From contig OZ320322.1 in the NCBI GenBank assembly GCA_976226885.1, positions 28,830,001 to 28,894,000 of the forward strand: DNA of 64,000 nucleotides, given 5' to 3'. The stretch is from Iphione sp. A-MEVVRFRX5. Lineage: Eukaryota. Under the pieces are notes generated by a model. It was not told where the DNA came from and made no database searches. It saw nothing but the letters and a program-made list of their open reading frames with translations. Position numbers and translations under genes: made by a program. This document shows, in pieces, positions 26,982 through 38,704 of this stretch (the stretch's first letter is position 1; each line of letters begins with the position of its first letter).

Positions 26982-27050
26982 CTGGTGATGGTAGTAGTGG
27001 GAGTGGTGATAGTGGTGGTGCTGCTGGTGCTGGCGCTGGTGCCTGTAGAA
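26982..27050. repeat. Degenerate GGT/GCT/AGT trinucleotide repeat
   Basis: gctggtgatggtagtagtgggagtggtgatagtggtggtgctgctggtgctggcgctggtg. Confidence 0.75.
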
Positions 27051-27149
27051 GTCGTGCTGGTGAAACGGGTTGGGTGCGGGTTTTTTTGCTGATGTGAGAT
27101 CTACCGCTCTCTATAAGTACAGCCGAATGGTAAATCGCCGCGTGCAAAC

Positions 27150-27420
27150 TTTCGAAGAGTTATACGTGCGGTCAATGGTGTCGCGATCAATAGAAGCAAC
27201 AATGAAAAGCCCTAACGTGCCCTGGCCTTGCCCCGACGCCCCGACCGCGAGACCGACCGCGATTGGGCGGAACAGGCGCTCGTATCGCGAGCAGCTCGAG
27301 TACCGCTCGTACTCGCTCACCGCACCCGGGCCCCGAGGTAATTTCCGGTGACCCCCCGACCCCGCGATCTACCGACGATGAGCGACCTCATCGTCGCGGG
27401 TCACGCTGCTCAGGCCAAGT
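27150..27420. promoter_or_regulatory. CpG-island-like candidate promoter
   Basis: Very CpG-dense; overlapping ATTGG (CCAAT box) and GGGCGG (GC box) at 27262-27270; TATA-like ctataag near 27110. Confidence 0.35.
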
Positions 27421-29141
27421 CTAACTTCTCCTCCACTCCCTCCCTCCCTCCCCCCTCCCTAAGCCTCTCGCCCACCAATCCACCCTCCCATACACCCATC
27501 CTCCTACCCCCCCCCCGCAAACCTGGTCTGCCACCCAGTTACCCCCAACTTCATCCGCAACCCTATTTTGCGCGTCCCTCCCAGCCCAGTCTCTATGCAC
27601 TTCCGTTACACACCAGCGTAGTTCAGGCAATTGTAAATGACGTTAATGCACTACAGGAAATCAATGCGCCAACAGATAAGGAATAAATTGGCTTTATCTA
27701 TAAATGAGCTGTTTGCCCTAGGCCGATGCTATTGACGATCAAGAGGAGTGACGCGGCATCGCAACAAGCGGAGAGGGGCTGCATTATCCCCTTTTATACA
27801 TTGTGCTGGAATGTAGTCGCTTTTTGTAAAAGACTGTTTTAATGATGTGATTAAGAGAGAGAACTTAGCCTTCTCTTCTTCAATGTTGGCCATACCGTTG
27901 CTCCGTAGGAAATGTTTCAGGTAATCTTTATTTACCTCTATAACTTTCAGGGTAACCAGAGGCTGTACGTATTAAATGCATGCATGTGTATTGATGAAAT
28001 TCATGGACATACGCAGCGACTTTCCTCTCGATGAACTTGCCGGGGTAAAGATGAAGTTGTATACGGTAAAGTGTCTCCGTAATAAGGATGGGATGATGCA
28101 TGCGAGTGAAAACTAAACCTGTGGTTCCTCTTCCATCGCTGATACTAAACAGTAACTCATGCTAAAACCCAGTGACTGAGACATATTTTACGGGAGAGGG
28201 AAGAAACGGGGGCGGGGGTAACCGTGCAGATTACAATGTTTCGCCTTTAACATCCTGTGGGTGTAGTATTTATTCAAAAATTGCGAAAGTGACAGGATTA
28301 TGGGCGAAATCTCAGAGAGCGTACCCCTGTACGCACGTGATGTATGTAAAGGTGGTGAAAAGGATCAGGGGAGGGAATCAGTCAGTCGGTAACCATGGCA
28401 ACACAGGCGGAAGGTATACTAACATGTAAGAGCGGGTGGTTTCGCAAAGCACACGTGGAATGCGAAAAGAGTGCCTATTTTGAAGGGTGCCTATTCTGAA
28501 GATCAAAAAGGAAAGCTATCAAGCAAATAATCCACAGATGCCGACGAGAGCAGGCTGTAGATTATACTGGCGTCTTACAAGGAGAACACAAGGAGAACCC
28601 AAACTACTTAGCAGGAGCAGGAGTGCAGTAAGCGCATGGAAGTACCGGGGGGGGGGCCTGATAGGGGTGGTCTCGCCTGGCTCAGTACAGGGAATCTTCG
28701 AGAGAATATTGTTATATTGTGTATCTTTTCGGTGCAATACCACGAGGAAGAAAGAGCAGACACTGTGAGCAATGGGGCCCGGCGTTATTGGTCGCATAGA
28801 ATACATGTGACTCACTATGTGAAAAAAACCTTGAGCGAGCGAGAGAAAGCGACCGCTAAAAACCCTACCAGCAGTGTGCCATGAGCTGGTAGATCTGAGT
28901 GAAATATGAGAAGCTCTTTTAATAGAAGGACGGCCCTTTGCAGCGTTATTGTGATATGAATGATTGGATTTTGTTAGGCCTGGTGGGAGGCGGGGGGAGG
29001 GAGACTCTGCAGTCAACGTGTATCGTCCATAGATCGACTACAGCCGTTGTTTCGATGCCCTCGGTCGACGACCTGCACCCTACCGGCTCCACGCGACCTG
29101 GTCACTGCCGACGGCCGCCTGTCGGCCGCCCGGTCTCCCTG

Positions 29142-29185
29142 CCCCCCCAGCCCCCCAGCCCCCCAGCCCCCCACCCCCACCCCCA
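29142..29185. repeat. (CCCCCCAG)3 plus (CCCCCA)n tract, G-quadruplex-capable on the minus strand
   Basis: Direct reading of the sequence. Confidence 0.85.
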
Positions 29186-32022
29186 CACACAAAAAATCCA
29201 GTCTCCCAATTGCCTTAAAACCCAATCCTCCCTAGGCCCCCGCCTACCCACCCACCCACCCAGCCAACCTTGCTGGAGCAAGTAGCCTCTGGAGGATCAA
29301 TGGCCTCCCTGTCTAATCACAGCCCACCACTGAAGCCCGCGGTCATAATCAACTGATCAACCCCATCATTTCACATCCGCCCGGCAGTGGCTGCGACCTG
29401 GGGTTGAGCTCATCCTAACTGAGCCTTGCGCAGCCTAGCGTGTCCTCAGGGTCAAGAGTGTGGGTGTGAAGGCAGGCTGGAAGCCCTCGAGCAATTAACT
29501 TGCAGCATACATGAACTGCTCGTCAAGGGCTGAATACGTGTATGTTGTATACCATGGTGGTAGCATCGTGGGAGAGAAGAACGTACGCCGCTGTGAAGCG
29601 ATGTGGGGAGCAGGCCCAAGCATTAGCTGAATACTTAGGCCAGCCCAGCTGGGGAAAGGTGGCTCCCATGCGGCCAGTCATCGCATCAGTGGTCCATCCA
29701 GACATGAGGTGAACATATATCATTAGCACGACCGCTGTCCGGGCCCCAGCTGCGGCTACAAGAAGCCTCCACTGGAGGCAAATGTAAAACAGGTAATCAT
29801 AAAACGGTCTAGGGAAGCCACGGAGGCGGCCACCAACCTCCCACCTACCGTAGGCACACTACCAGCAGACTGGCGCACATACATGTATCAAGTCAAATTA
29901 CATATCCCTCTTGAGCACACTTGCACCATTCCAAGGAAATACCTCCAGACATTTCAACTATTATTTGTACCTTCCTTCCAGGGTACCCGCTGTGGAATGA
30001 TACCACAGCCCCCCAGCCCCCCGCCCCCCACCTCCTTCCCCTGACCGCCTACTTTAAGAGTACTAGTAATGGAGCGGAGGCAACAGATGGATGGGCTTGT
30101 TAAAGGAAGCTAACTGTATCGTAAGGTGGTACCTGCAGGCGAACAGGTGTGTGCTCCAGGCGTACATAAGGCGGTCCGTAATGTGGCCCTTGCGTTCAGT
30201 TTGATCGCCTGCCGTTCGCCGGTGACTTTATGAGTGTATACGGTGCTTCTAAGGACATCTACGTTTAAAGAGTCTTGCCCGTCTGACTCTCCCTCTACAT
30301 CATGTATGATACCGTTCCCGCCTCCTCACACGAAGGTGGCTGAGGGTTTTAGGCAGAAGCGACCCGGTAATACGGATATATATATACAACTCCACGGTTG
30401 TCAAACGAGAGGAAGCCAGTACCTGTGCAAGGAAAAGCCTTTAAGACTAGGTCTAGTAGAAAGTGAAACCTTTATCATTAATTACGTGTGTGGTCCATCG
30501 CAAATTAACCATTTACAGTTTTATTCTCTTAAAGAACGAATCTAGTGGGTGAAGATAACAATGATGAGATTTTGGCGCTCTGGAAATGGTTTGGGGCCAA
30601 TTTTAGCTTGTTGCTAGATAGAATCTTCATGTGCTGAAGGCGATAAAGACAAAACACAAAGCGGAGAAATTAAATTCGTGAGAGAGGTGGCGTTATGGAT
30701 GGTGCCAGACCGGGAGGTAGGATAATAATAATAATAATGGTCTGACAACACCCGCCCGCAGACACTTCCCAGAGGGATGCAAAAGAATTTCCTCAGTTGT
30801 CACCTCCCTATCGACACAGGCCGAGGAGAAATATTGGGCAGAAAGAGGAGACACTGAGTCATCAGCAGTTGACCGTCGCAAATATTTCATAGAACCATTT
30901 CTAAAGAGACGTCTCCGTGTTAATAATAAAACCCTGCAGTCAGTCGATGGGCAGAAGGGCAGTTAATGACCAATAGCCAGTACATGTACTAAGTCAATTA
31001 TCAGCTGCCTGTGCTTCACATATATACTCAAGGCCTATGGGTTGATATTTATCAAATTTGATTGTCATATTAAATAGGATTTCTAAGGCACTGTGCACTA
31101 CATGCGTGTCTGCAACGATGTTTTTTTTTATCCCAAGCGCCCCGAGTAACATTTTAGAAACATTTAGAAGACCTAACCTTAAATGAAGCACATTGCCTGA
31201 CAAATAACCTCTCTTTGCATATGCTTTACAATTGGCTTTATTTACATTTTTCTCCCCCACTAGAATAATCCGGACTTAAGACTGTATTTGTCGTGAAGGC
31301 TCGTTATGCACTTCGTATCTCTCAGAGGGATAAATATGTTGCATTATACTCTTCGGTAGCTAACAACAAAAAGGCAGAAAGCATCGAGTGTCCTCTAGAA
31401 TCTGTTTGAAATGTTTCGAAAATGTTCGAGGAGTAACTGTTGTTTTATGTCGCCTTTATGATCGATACGTTGTAAATATTTTTGCACTTAAAGGTAAAAC
31501 AATATGATCATCACAATCATGCCATTATGTTCACATCCGCATGTCTGAAATTTCTGTGAATGACGTCATCTTTCAAGGTAACGTAATTCAAGTTAGCATA
31601 TGGTAATTATAGTAATCGTAATTTCACAGAGAGTTCCGTAATAGTTACCGTCAATACATCGGAATTTATACGATTGTCCGGATTTAAGCTTATTTCTTCG
31701 TCAAACCTCCCGAGTAACATTACTCTTTTCCTCTCTAAAAACAAAGAAAGGCTTCTCTTGTCTCAGGCATGGTCACTGCCTTAAATGTTTCAAACGGGTG
31801 CGATTCATCTAGGAATAGAGAATCATGTCCATCTATCCTTCCTTGCGTGTCGCCAGAGACGCCATATTTTCCTAGAGCATCACAGGTCGCTACCTCTTTG
31901 ATCACAGCGGATCATATGAACACATTGTGCTTGATATATCATTGGGGATTTCAGTATTCTTTCCGCGTGTCTTCTACTTAGAAAAATCTTCCTGGACCAC
32001 CTCACCTCGGAGTTCGCTCTTA

Positions 32023-32331
32023 GGCCCTGTTCACATATAACTGGATGAAAAATCCAGCCCCGGACACAGGTGAGGACACACCTCCTGCTGTTTCCTGATG
32101 TTAATTGCCTCCATATAGTCTGCACTTGTCCCTTCAACATTGCATCTATGGGAATCTGCATACGTATCCAGACGAAACCCATCCAAGACAGTTTGAGATC
32201 CGCACCCGGACACGGGTGCGGATATTTCACGATATATGTGAATGGATTCAATTGTCAAGGAGAGCTGGAGAAATATCCGTCCCTGTGTCTGGGTGTGGAA
32301 TGGAAAAATCTGGTTATATGTGAACAACCCT
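32023..32331. mobile_element. PIF/Harbinger-type MITE (TTCACAT TIR family)
   Basis: TIR GGCCCTGTTCACATATAAC ... GTTATATGTGAACAACCCT; TTA on both flanks (32020-22, 32332-34); subterminal inverted similarity and a central hairpin ATCCGCACCCG-GACA-CGGGTGCGGAT. Confidence 0.8.
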
Positions 32332-33333
32332 TTACTCTGGCTTCCACTACTGCATGCTCCCTCCCTAGAAACCTGCAGGGTCATATTGTCATACAAACAC
32401 GAGCACATCACGTGAACTACGCCAAGAGACATAATGCGTTTCCTCGTGTGATTTCTTGTTGTTCATAATTAAGGTGTCTTTTTCTCACGTTGCGGCAGCC
32501 TTGTAAGTCCTCATCCTATGGGGCACATGTATCTATAAAGAAAAACCTACTGCGATACTGCGCTTCATACTGTTGGATGACCTACATGCATAACTAAGAC
32601 CACTGTACGTTATGCTCATATATGGTCATAGAAAAGTAGTTGGACTGTATGTTTGTACACACGAATGATGGGGTGTTACTCATTCCACATACATTGTTTT
32701 CTGACGTGTGATTTATCCGTTCCACCTAAAATAGTAGAATGAGACATAATTTTTGTCATCCCATTGGGATCTCATTTGCCTCTAATGGTCTATTCATCAA
32801 CTCCATTTAACAAGGCCCTAAGCCTTCAAATGAAGGTACGTCTACATTGCTCTCAACTCGCTATTGCATTCGTTCTACCCAAAACCTGAGGATATACGCA
32901 AACCTAAAAGTCCAAGCAATCTAGCGTCGCTGTTCTCTTTCCATGCCAAGTGAAAAACACAGCACCACCACTGCTATTGATGTGTATTTTCACTAATGTA
33001 CCATTTGTCAACAGGGACTTAGATAATTGTTTTTTTCTCTTGTAATCTCGGGAAACCGATGAACGTTAGGAACGACGGTCGAAAACGAGGTCGGAAATTA
33101 ATGTTAGAAAAGCTCCTGGGGTTGAGAAACACCACGGGCGCAGCTAATGTTGATATAATTCGCTGGGTTGGGAGGTGACTGGAGTGGAACCAGGCTGCCT
33201 CTGACTGGTCGCACAGTGCCGGAGACTGGCAGGGCGCCTAGACTAACAACCCTCCCTTAGGACGAGAGCAGCCCTGAAGAAGCGTTTTGGCTCATCCAAA
33301 GGACTACATTTTGGGGCCGCTGTCCAGTTAAGG

Positions 33334-33356
33334 ACGGCTAACTGACAGTTAGCCGT
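33334..33356. repeat. Perfect 23-bp inverted repeat
   Basis: ACGGCTAACTG-A-CAGTTAGCCGT. Confidence 0.9.
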
Positions 33357-36300
33357 GCACCGACAGTTCCCAAGAACGTCTTCCTGCAACTACAAATATT
33401 TTTCGTCCGATACACTTCAGACCTTGTTCTGAGGAGCTGTCTCTTCTGAGGATCTGCCTCTTCTCTTTCTCACTTCTGACACACATTCATTCTAGTTCCC
33501 TCTGACGTTCACGTTCTTTTATTTTCTCTCTGTCGCTGTTCCTATCGCTTTGGCTACATATCACACACAATCTCTCCCCCATCTATGCCTATCTATCACT
33601 CTGGGTTTTCCATAAACTTTCCTTCGACACTCAGTGTCAATAGGAAAGGTGGGAGTGTCGGGGTTTTTTGACGCCTGATCCAAGCGTTCTTTTCACCAGA
33701 GAGTATCAGTTTCTACGATCGCCCTATTTTTTCCCTTGAAGGATTAGAAAGCAAATAAATGGTGCCCGGGGCTCACGTGAACGGAGACAAGGACTTAACC
33801 TATTTTCTAATGGTCTCTCACATTTCAAAATTTCACTTAACAAGCGACAAATGTCCCCCCTTGCTGTCATAAGGCTACATACCTGTGTGTGACATTAAAA
33901 AGTATATTTTATACACATTAATCTAGATAAAATGCATGTTGCACAACAAACTGTACCATAAACAACAGACCATTTCTGCCAGGCCGTTGCTATGAGCAGA
34001 CCTCTGCAAGAGACAATAGAAACTCGGAACTTTGACAAAAATAGAACCTCCATTTCACAATCAGTCTTCGGCAACTAATTTGCTCTGGAAGCTTAACGCC
34101 GGGGATTACAGGAAAATATTGTCAATATGTGTGACAGGTACGCTGCTCTAGGTCGTGTTAACTTGTTACAGCAGTCACTTACATCCACCGTCGGGTGAGC
34201 GAGACAGAAATCTGCATTGGGTGGTTTGAGACTACTTCTGTTGACTGTATTTGTTTCTGTGAAATTTTGACAATAAAAGTGTGTGATATGCACATGTGAA
34301 CGATCAAATGTTTGCTGGTTAACCCTTGTCAGTCAGGGTTCTGATAACCTAGGAAGGTGTTTTTTTACATATCGTTCACTCTGATGGATTCACTAAAAAT
34401 TTTGAGGTTAACAATAGGGGGGGGGGGTCCAGAGGTGTAATGAGGTGTAATGAGTTTCTCTATGTACTCTGTAGTTTTGGTGACCCAATCAATGGACACG
34501 TTCATAGAGAAATAATACTTTTGTAATGTTTAGGACACCCCACTAATTAATACTGGCACATACTGTCAAGGATCTAAAAAGGGTTTGTTTTTCTCGTTAT
34601 TATTTACCATCACTGCGAAACCACGTTAGGCTTTGCGTGCACTGGTTTCGGGTCATGCGCCGTGCGCGAGTCAATCATGGAGTGGTTGCTAAGGGAACAC
34701 CTGCCACCTTTAAATGGTTACTCTGATCAGCAGCGACTGATGCACAACATTTCTTTGTATTTATACGTGCTCTTCTTTTTCCAAATCCAGCGTTGGTTTC
34801 TGTCTCCCTGCGGATAAGGTATTGTATTCATTTCATCTCCGGCTGTTTTCTTTTTACTTCACCGGTTTTTAGTTTTGCCCGTCTTAATCACAACCCCTCT
34901 GTCTCACTTGTTGCGTGCATCCCCCAGTCCTTTTTTTTACAACAGGATCTTGGCTCCTCCGGAACATTAAAGGTATAGGACATCAGAGGACCCATCCCTG
35001 GTGTTTATAAGAGATATTCTCCTTAATGAGAGAACACTGGCATTTGGCTCCCGCAACATCAAGGAGTCCATCTCGCCGTCTCATCTCCGCAGAGTAATTG
35101 CACGGGAGTTAAGAAAGACTCTCGTGTGCACATTGTTGGGAAATACTTCTGTCGTTCACTCAGTGCCACAAAGCGGTGCGTAAATGTGAGACCTTCTACG
35201 GCAGCCCACCAGCCCACCTTCCCCGATTCCAATTGCCTATGATTTGAAAGTTCGGCCTGGTGTAATTAGCGTCATTTAGTGTATAAACGTATGTACATGT
35301 ATGTAGTACTGGTCCTGTGACTCAGCGATGCCCTAATGCGACCGATAGGGAACCCTCTGACGACGGCTCATCGAACTAAAGGGAGTAGGGACATCATAAA
35401 AGGCGATGTGTTCCCCTCCATAGCTACATAAAAGGAGGGGGACCAAAGGCCAGCAGTCTGCTACGCAAGAGAGGACAGGAAACCTGATCCAAGCATGGCT
35501 TGTGTATATAGAGTCAAGTTATGCATGCTTCAGAGGCCATCATGCCACAAGGACGACGGTCTGGGAGAAGGGAGGGAGGTGTTTTGCTCAATACAGACAA
35601 ACATCAACAGGTTTTGTGTACCCTAGCAGCACAAAAACTTCTCTTTGGCGAGTTAGACAGGTGAAGGAAAATAGACTCTGCTGTCACATGCGAGCATACA
35701 TGCTACAATGGAGCCAGGTAAGGGTAGACATGTTTTCCTCTTGATTTCGCCCACAGGGTTTGCCTCTCGTTCTCACTCTGTCTCTCTCTCCTTCCACTGA
35801 ACCATTACGACTCTTACTATCGTTAGCAGTTTTTTACCATAATAAACAGTCTTGCTCTAATCGTTGTTACCACATTATGATTTGAGGACGGGAATAGGTT
35901 AAAGAGGGACGTACTGCGTGTTAGTGTGGCAAGGTAGTACAATCTCTGTGAACTATAGAGTTTGATGTTTGTTAAACACCACCCCCATCTAAAAACCCCC
36001 TGTCTCAAGGACTACGTTTTTCAGCACAGAATGAATCACTGTCTATCATGAGGTCCCCTAAGACTTTGTCTTGCAAAGACCATATTTGATCAAGAAGAAG
36101 AAAGTCTTTCTCGAGAGGTTCCAGTGTATACAGCGATAATATAATGCGACGTGCGTATTGCAAATATAAAGGAATCCATATATGATATACAATAGTTGTT
36201 ACAGAAATACATACACAAGTCTGTGGTAGACCAAAGTTTAGGATCGCAAGGCACAGAATACAGTCAAGCAAATGTGACAGGATAACCCTAAGGCACGACA

Positions 36301-38318
36301 GGACAGCTGTGTGATTATTAATTGATTCTATTAATTGATAAAAAATATAAATGAGTGTAAGTGTATATAATTATGTCTCATGCGATGCACCAAAGGCTTG
36401 TCCCTCTCGATTAGTTCCAACAACCACCACTACTGGCGCTAGTAGGACCTCTTAAATCCCATGTAAAAGAAGCTAAGTATGCAGGGAGTAGATGACATCC
36501 TTTCATAAAAGATGCACGACCAAGGCGGGACATAAATTCCTGGAAATGCGGAGGCGGATTAGGAGATGCCTGGGTCTTTTTCCTTTTAACCATGCACTTA
36601 AATGCTTAGCTCAATGATAGGCGCCCCTGCTGGATATAAATTTCACACAGGTGTAGTGGGACAGGTTTTGCGCATCAGTTTTAGGAAAATGAAAAAGCAG
36701 GCCGGTTTTTAGGGGCTTTAAGGCATATAGTAACACCTTTCGTGGTTGTAGTGAGATGCAACATAATACCATGAATCCCACGGATGGCGATGCCCTTTTC
36801 ATTGGCGGAAAATACGCCTTGAATGAGATAGGCTGGCATAGAGGGGGTTCCAATTCACCAGCCATGTGTCCAGCTGCAATAGCGAGAACGTGACACCGTT
36901 CGCTAGATTGTTGAAAATCAATAGAGGACAGAAAAGTAAATATATACGGAACGATTCGATTACCATTGTGAGTTTCTTGCTTTTGTCGGCGACCCATTTT
37001 GTCCGCCGTTCCCCTATTCTTCTAAATAGGCGCCATATTTGAACATCACGACAGAGTGAGAGACACCCGTAAGATGATATATACCATGGGTTTCTAAGAG
37101 AGTTAAAGAAATTGGACAGCTAAGGAGATCGAGCCTGCTCGACAGGTGCACGAGCAGACCCAGTGGGGTGGTGAAGTTTTGAAAAAGTTGGTTGGGAGTT
37201 AGGGTGGTTGGGGGGGGGGGGGGTGCAGCGGGGTGGTATGGGTTGTGGTACGATAAACGTCAGGCCGCACTAAGTAAATATTTTGTTACGGAGAGAGAGC
37301 CGGCCAAACACTGTCAACATGTCTGACTGTAAATATGACTGATTGATTTCCCCCTCGTAGACGACAAATATGCGATGGACCCTGCCTGTTGAGGTGGGTC
37401 GCAGAATAACAAAACTGTGTGTATAGGTAGACATTAATATGAATGCGTGTGTGGATGGAGACAGCAGAGAGGTTAAAGCCACACCCAATTGAAATTTTTG
37501 GATTGAATTATTTTTTCTTCGTCTTCTTTCTCGTCTCTAAATATACATTATACATGTGCAGACACGTAAATGGAATTGATGAAATGAAAGAGCTGCGAAT
37601 TGACGTATGCAAAATACCAGAAATACAATGTTTCCTGACACGTAAAAGTGCCCTGCACAGTATTTATTACCGTAGCGTCTCTGAAAGCATTTGGATGTGT
37701 ATGCTTGTGTACCAGTATACGTGTATACAGTTCTGTAACCCACAGTGTACGAGTAAGCTTGTGACTCAGGGAAGCAGTGTAGTAGGATCCCTATTCTTAA
37801 TCATGGCTACAGGATCACATGTCTCCTCCGTTGATGGGTCGTTCCTGACCATTATTTATTAGACGGTACCTGTCTATAGATGCCCTTGAGAGGTTTGCGT
37901 GTTATAACTCGCTGGCAGGAAAAAAATACCTTGCGCTGAGTCACTCTTGCCTTGCATGCTGAGCTGGTACAACAGTACAATTATCGTATAGAGAGAGACA
38001 CATAGGTAACACCGGGAATTAAATGAGCAGAATAGACAGGAAGACCTCCAAGTACATGATGGTAACGTTCCAGCTCGCTGGGAGCTCCGCTTGTGAAACA
38101 CCACGAAGGGGAAGGAGAGCTTTATATCAATTATAGCTGACTTAGTCTCAAGTAAAATGAACCCTCTCGCCGCCTGATATCCCAAAGGAAGCCATTTGAA
38201 TATGGAAAAGCGATATCCCTCATTTTTGGCATGGCGAGGCTTTCAGTGTCTGTACAACACGTGGAAACTAGAGCGAGAACATTTTTGTACTGTTAACAGA
38301 AAAAAGGACACGCGGGGA

Positions 38319-38377
38319 AGACTGAACACTCTTATTTACTTCAATGTAGACTGAACACTCTTATTTACTTCAATGTA
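38319..38377. repeat. Perfect 29-bp tandem duplication
   Basis: AGACTGAACACTCTTATTTACTTCAATGT twice. Confidence 0.95.
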
Positions 38378-38690
38378 AATTTTCCACCACTGAAGCAGAC
38401 TGCAGCATGTGCTAAAAGCGAAACTGTCAAAGAGAATGTATGTACGTGGTATACATAAGGCTACTAGAGAGGGTTGATGTTCTAGGGTTGCTATAAGCCC
38501 CAGCTTAACTAGTTTAGAAGACCATGGATGAAGGCCGCATTAAGGAAAAAGCAGAAAAGGTATTGGGTTAGTTGTAGGCCACAGGAGTGGCCACCGGGCC
38601 GATACGCTTGTCAAAATGTTGGCGTCGAATACCAGCGCTGAGCCGGAACCGTGTAGTGCGCATGTCCGAACAGTCGGCCTCCTGACCCGC

Positions 38691-38704
38691 GCGCCCCCTT
38701 GTGA
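38691..38704 (-). promoter_or_regulatory. CTCF-like motif (reverse)
   Basis: Reverse complement TCACAAGGGGGCGC, 13/14 match. Confidence 0.45.

Noticed and set aside
1603-31945. miRNA seed-like starts (TACCCTGTA at 1603, TATTGCACT near 20263, TTGTGCTTGAT near 31925)
   Set aside because: Similarity ends after the seed and no complementary precursor arm was found.
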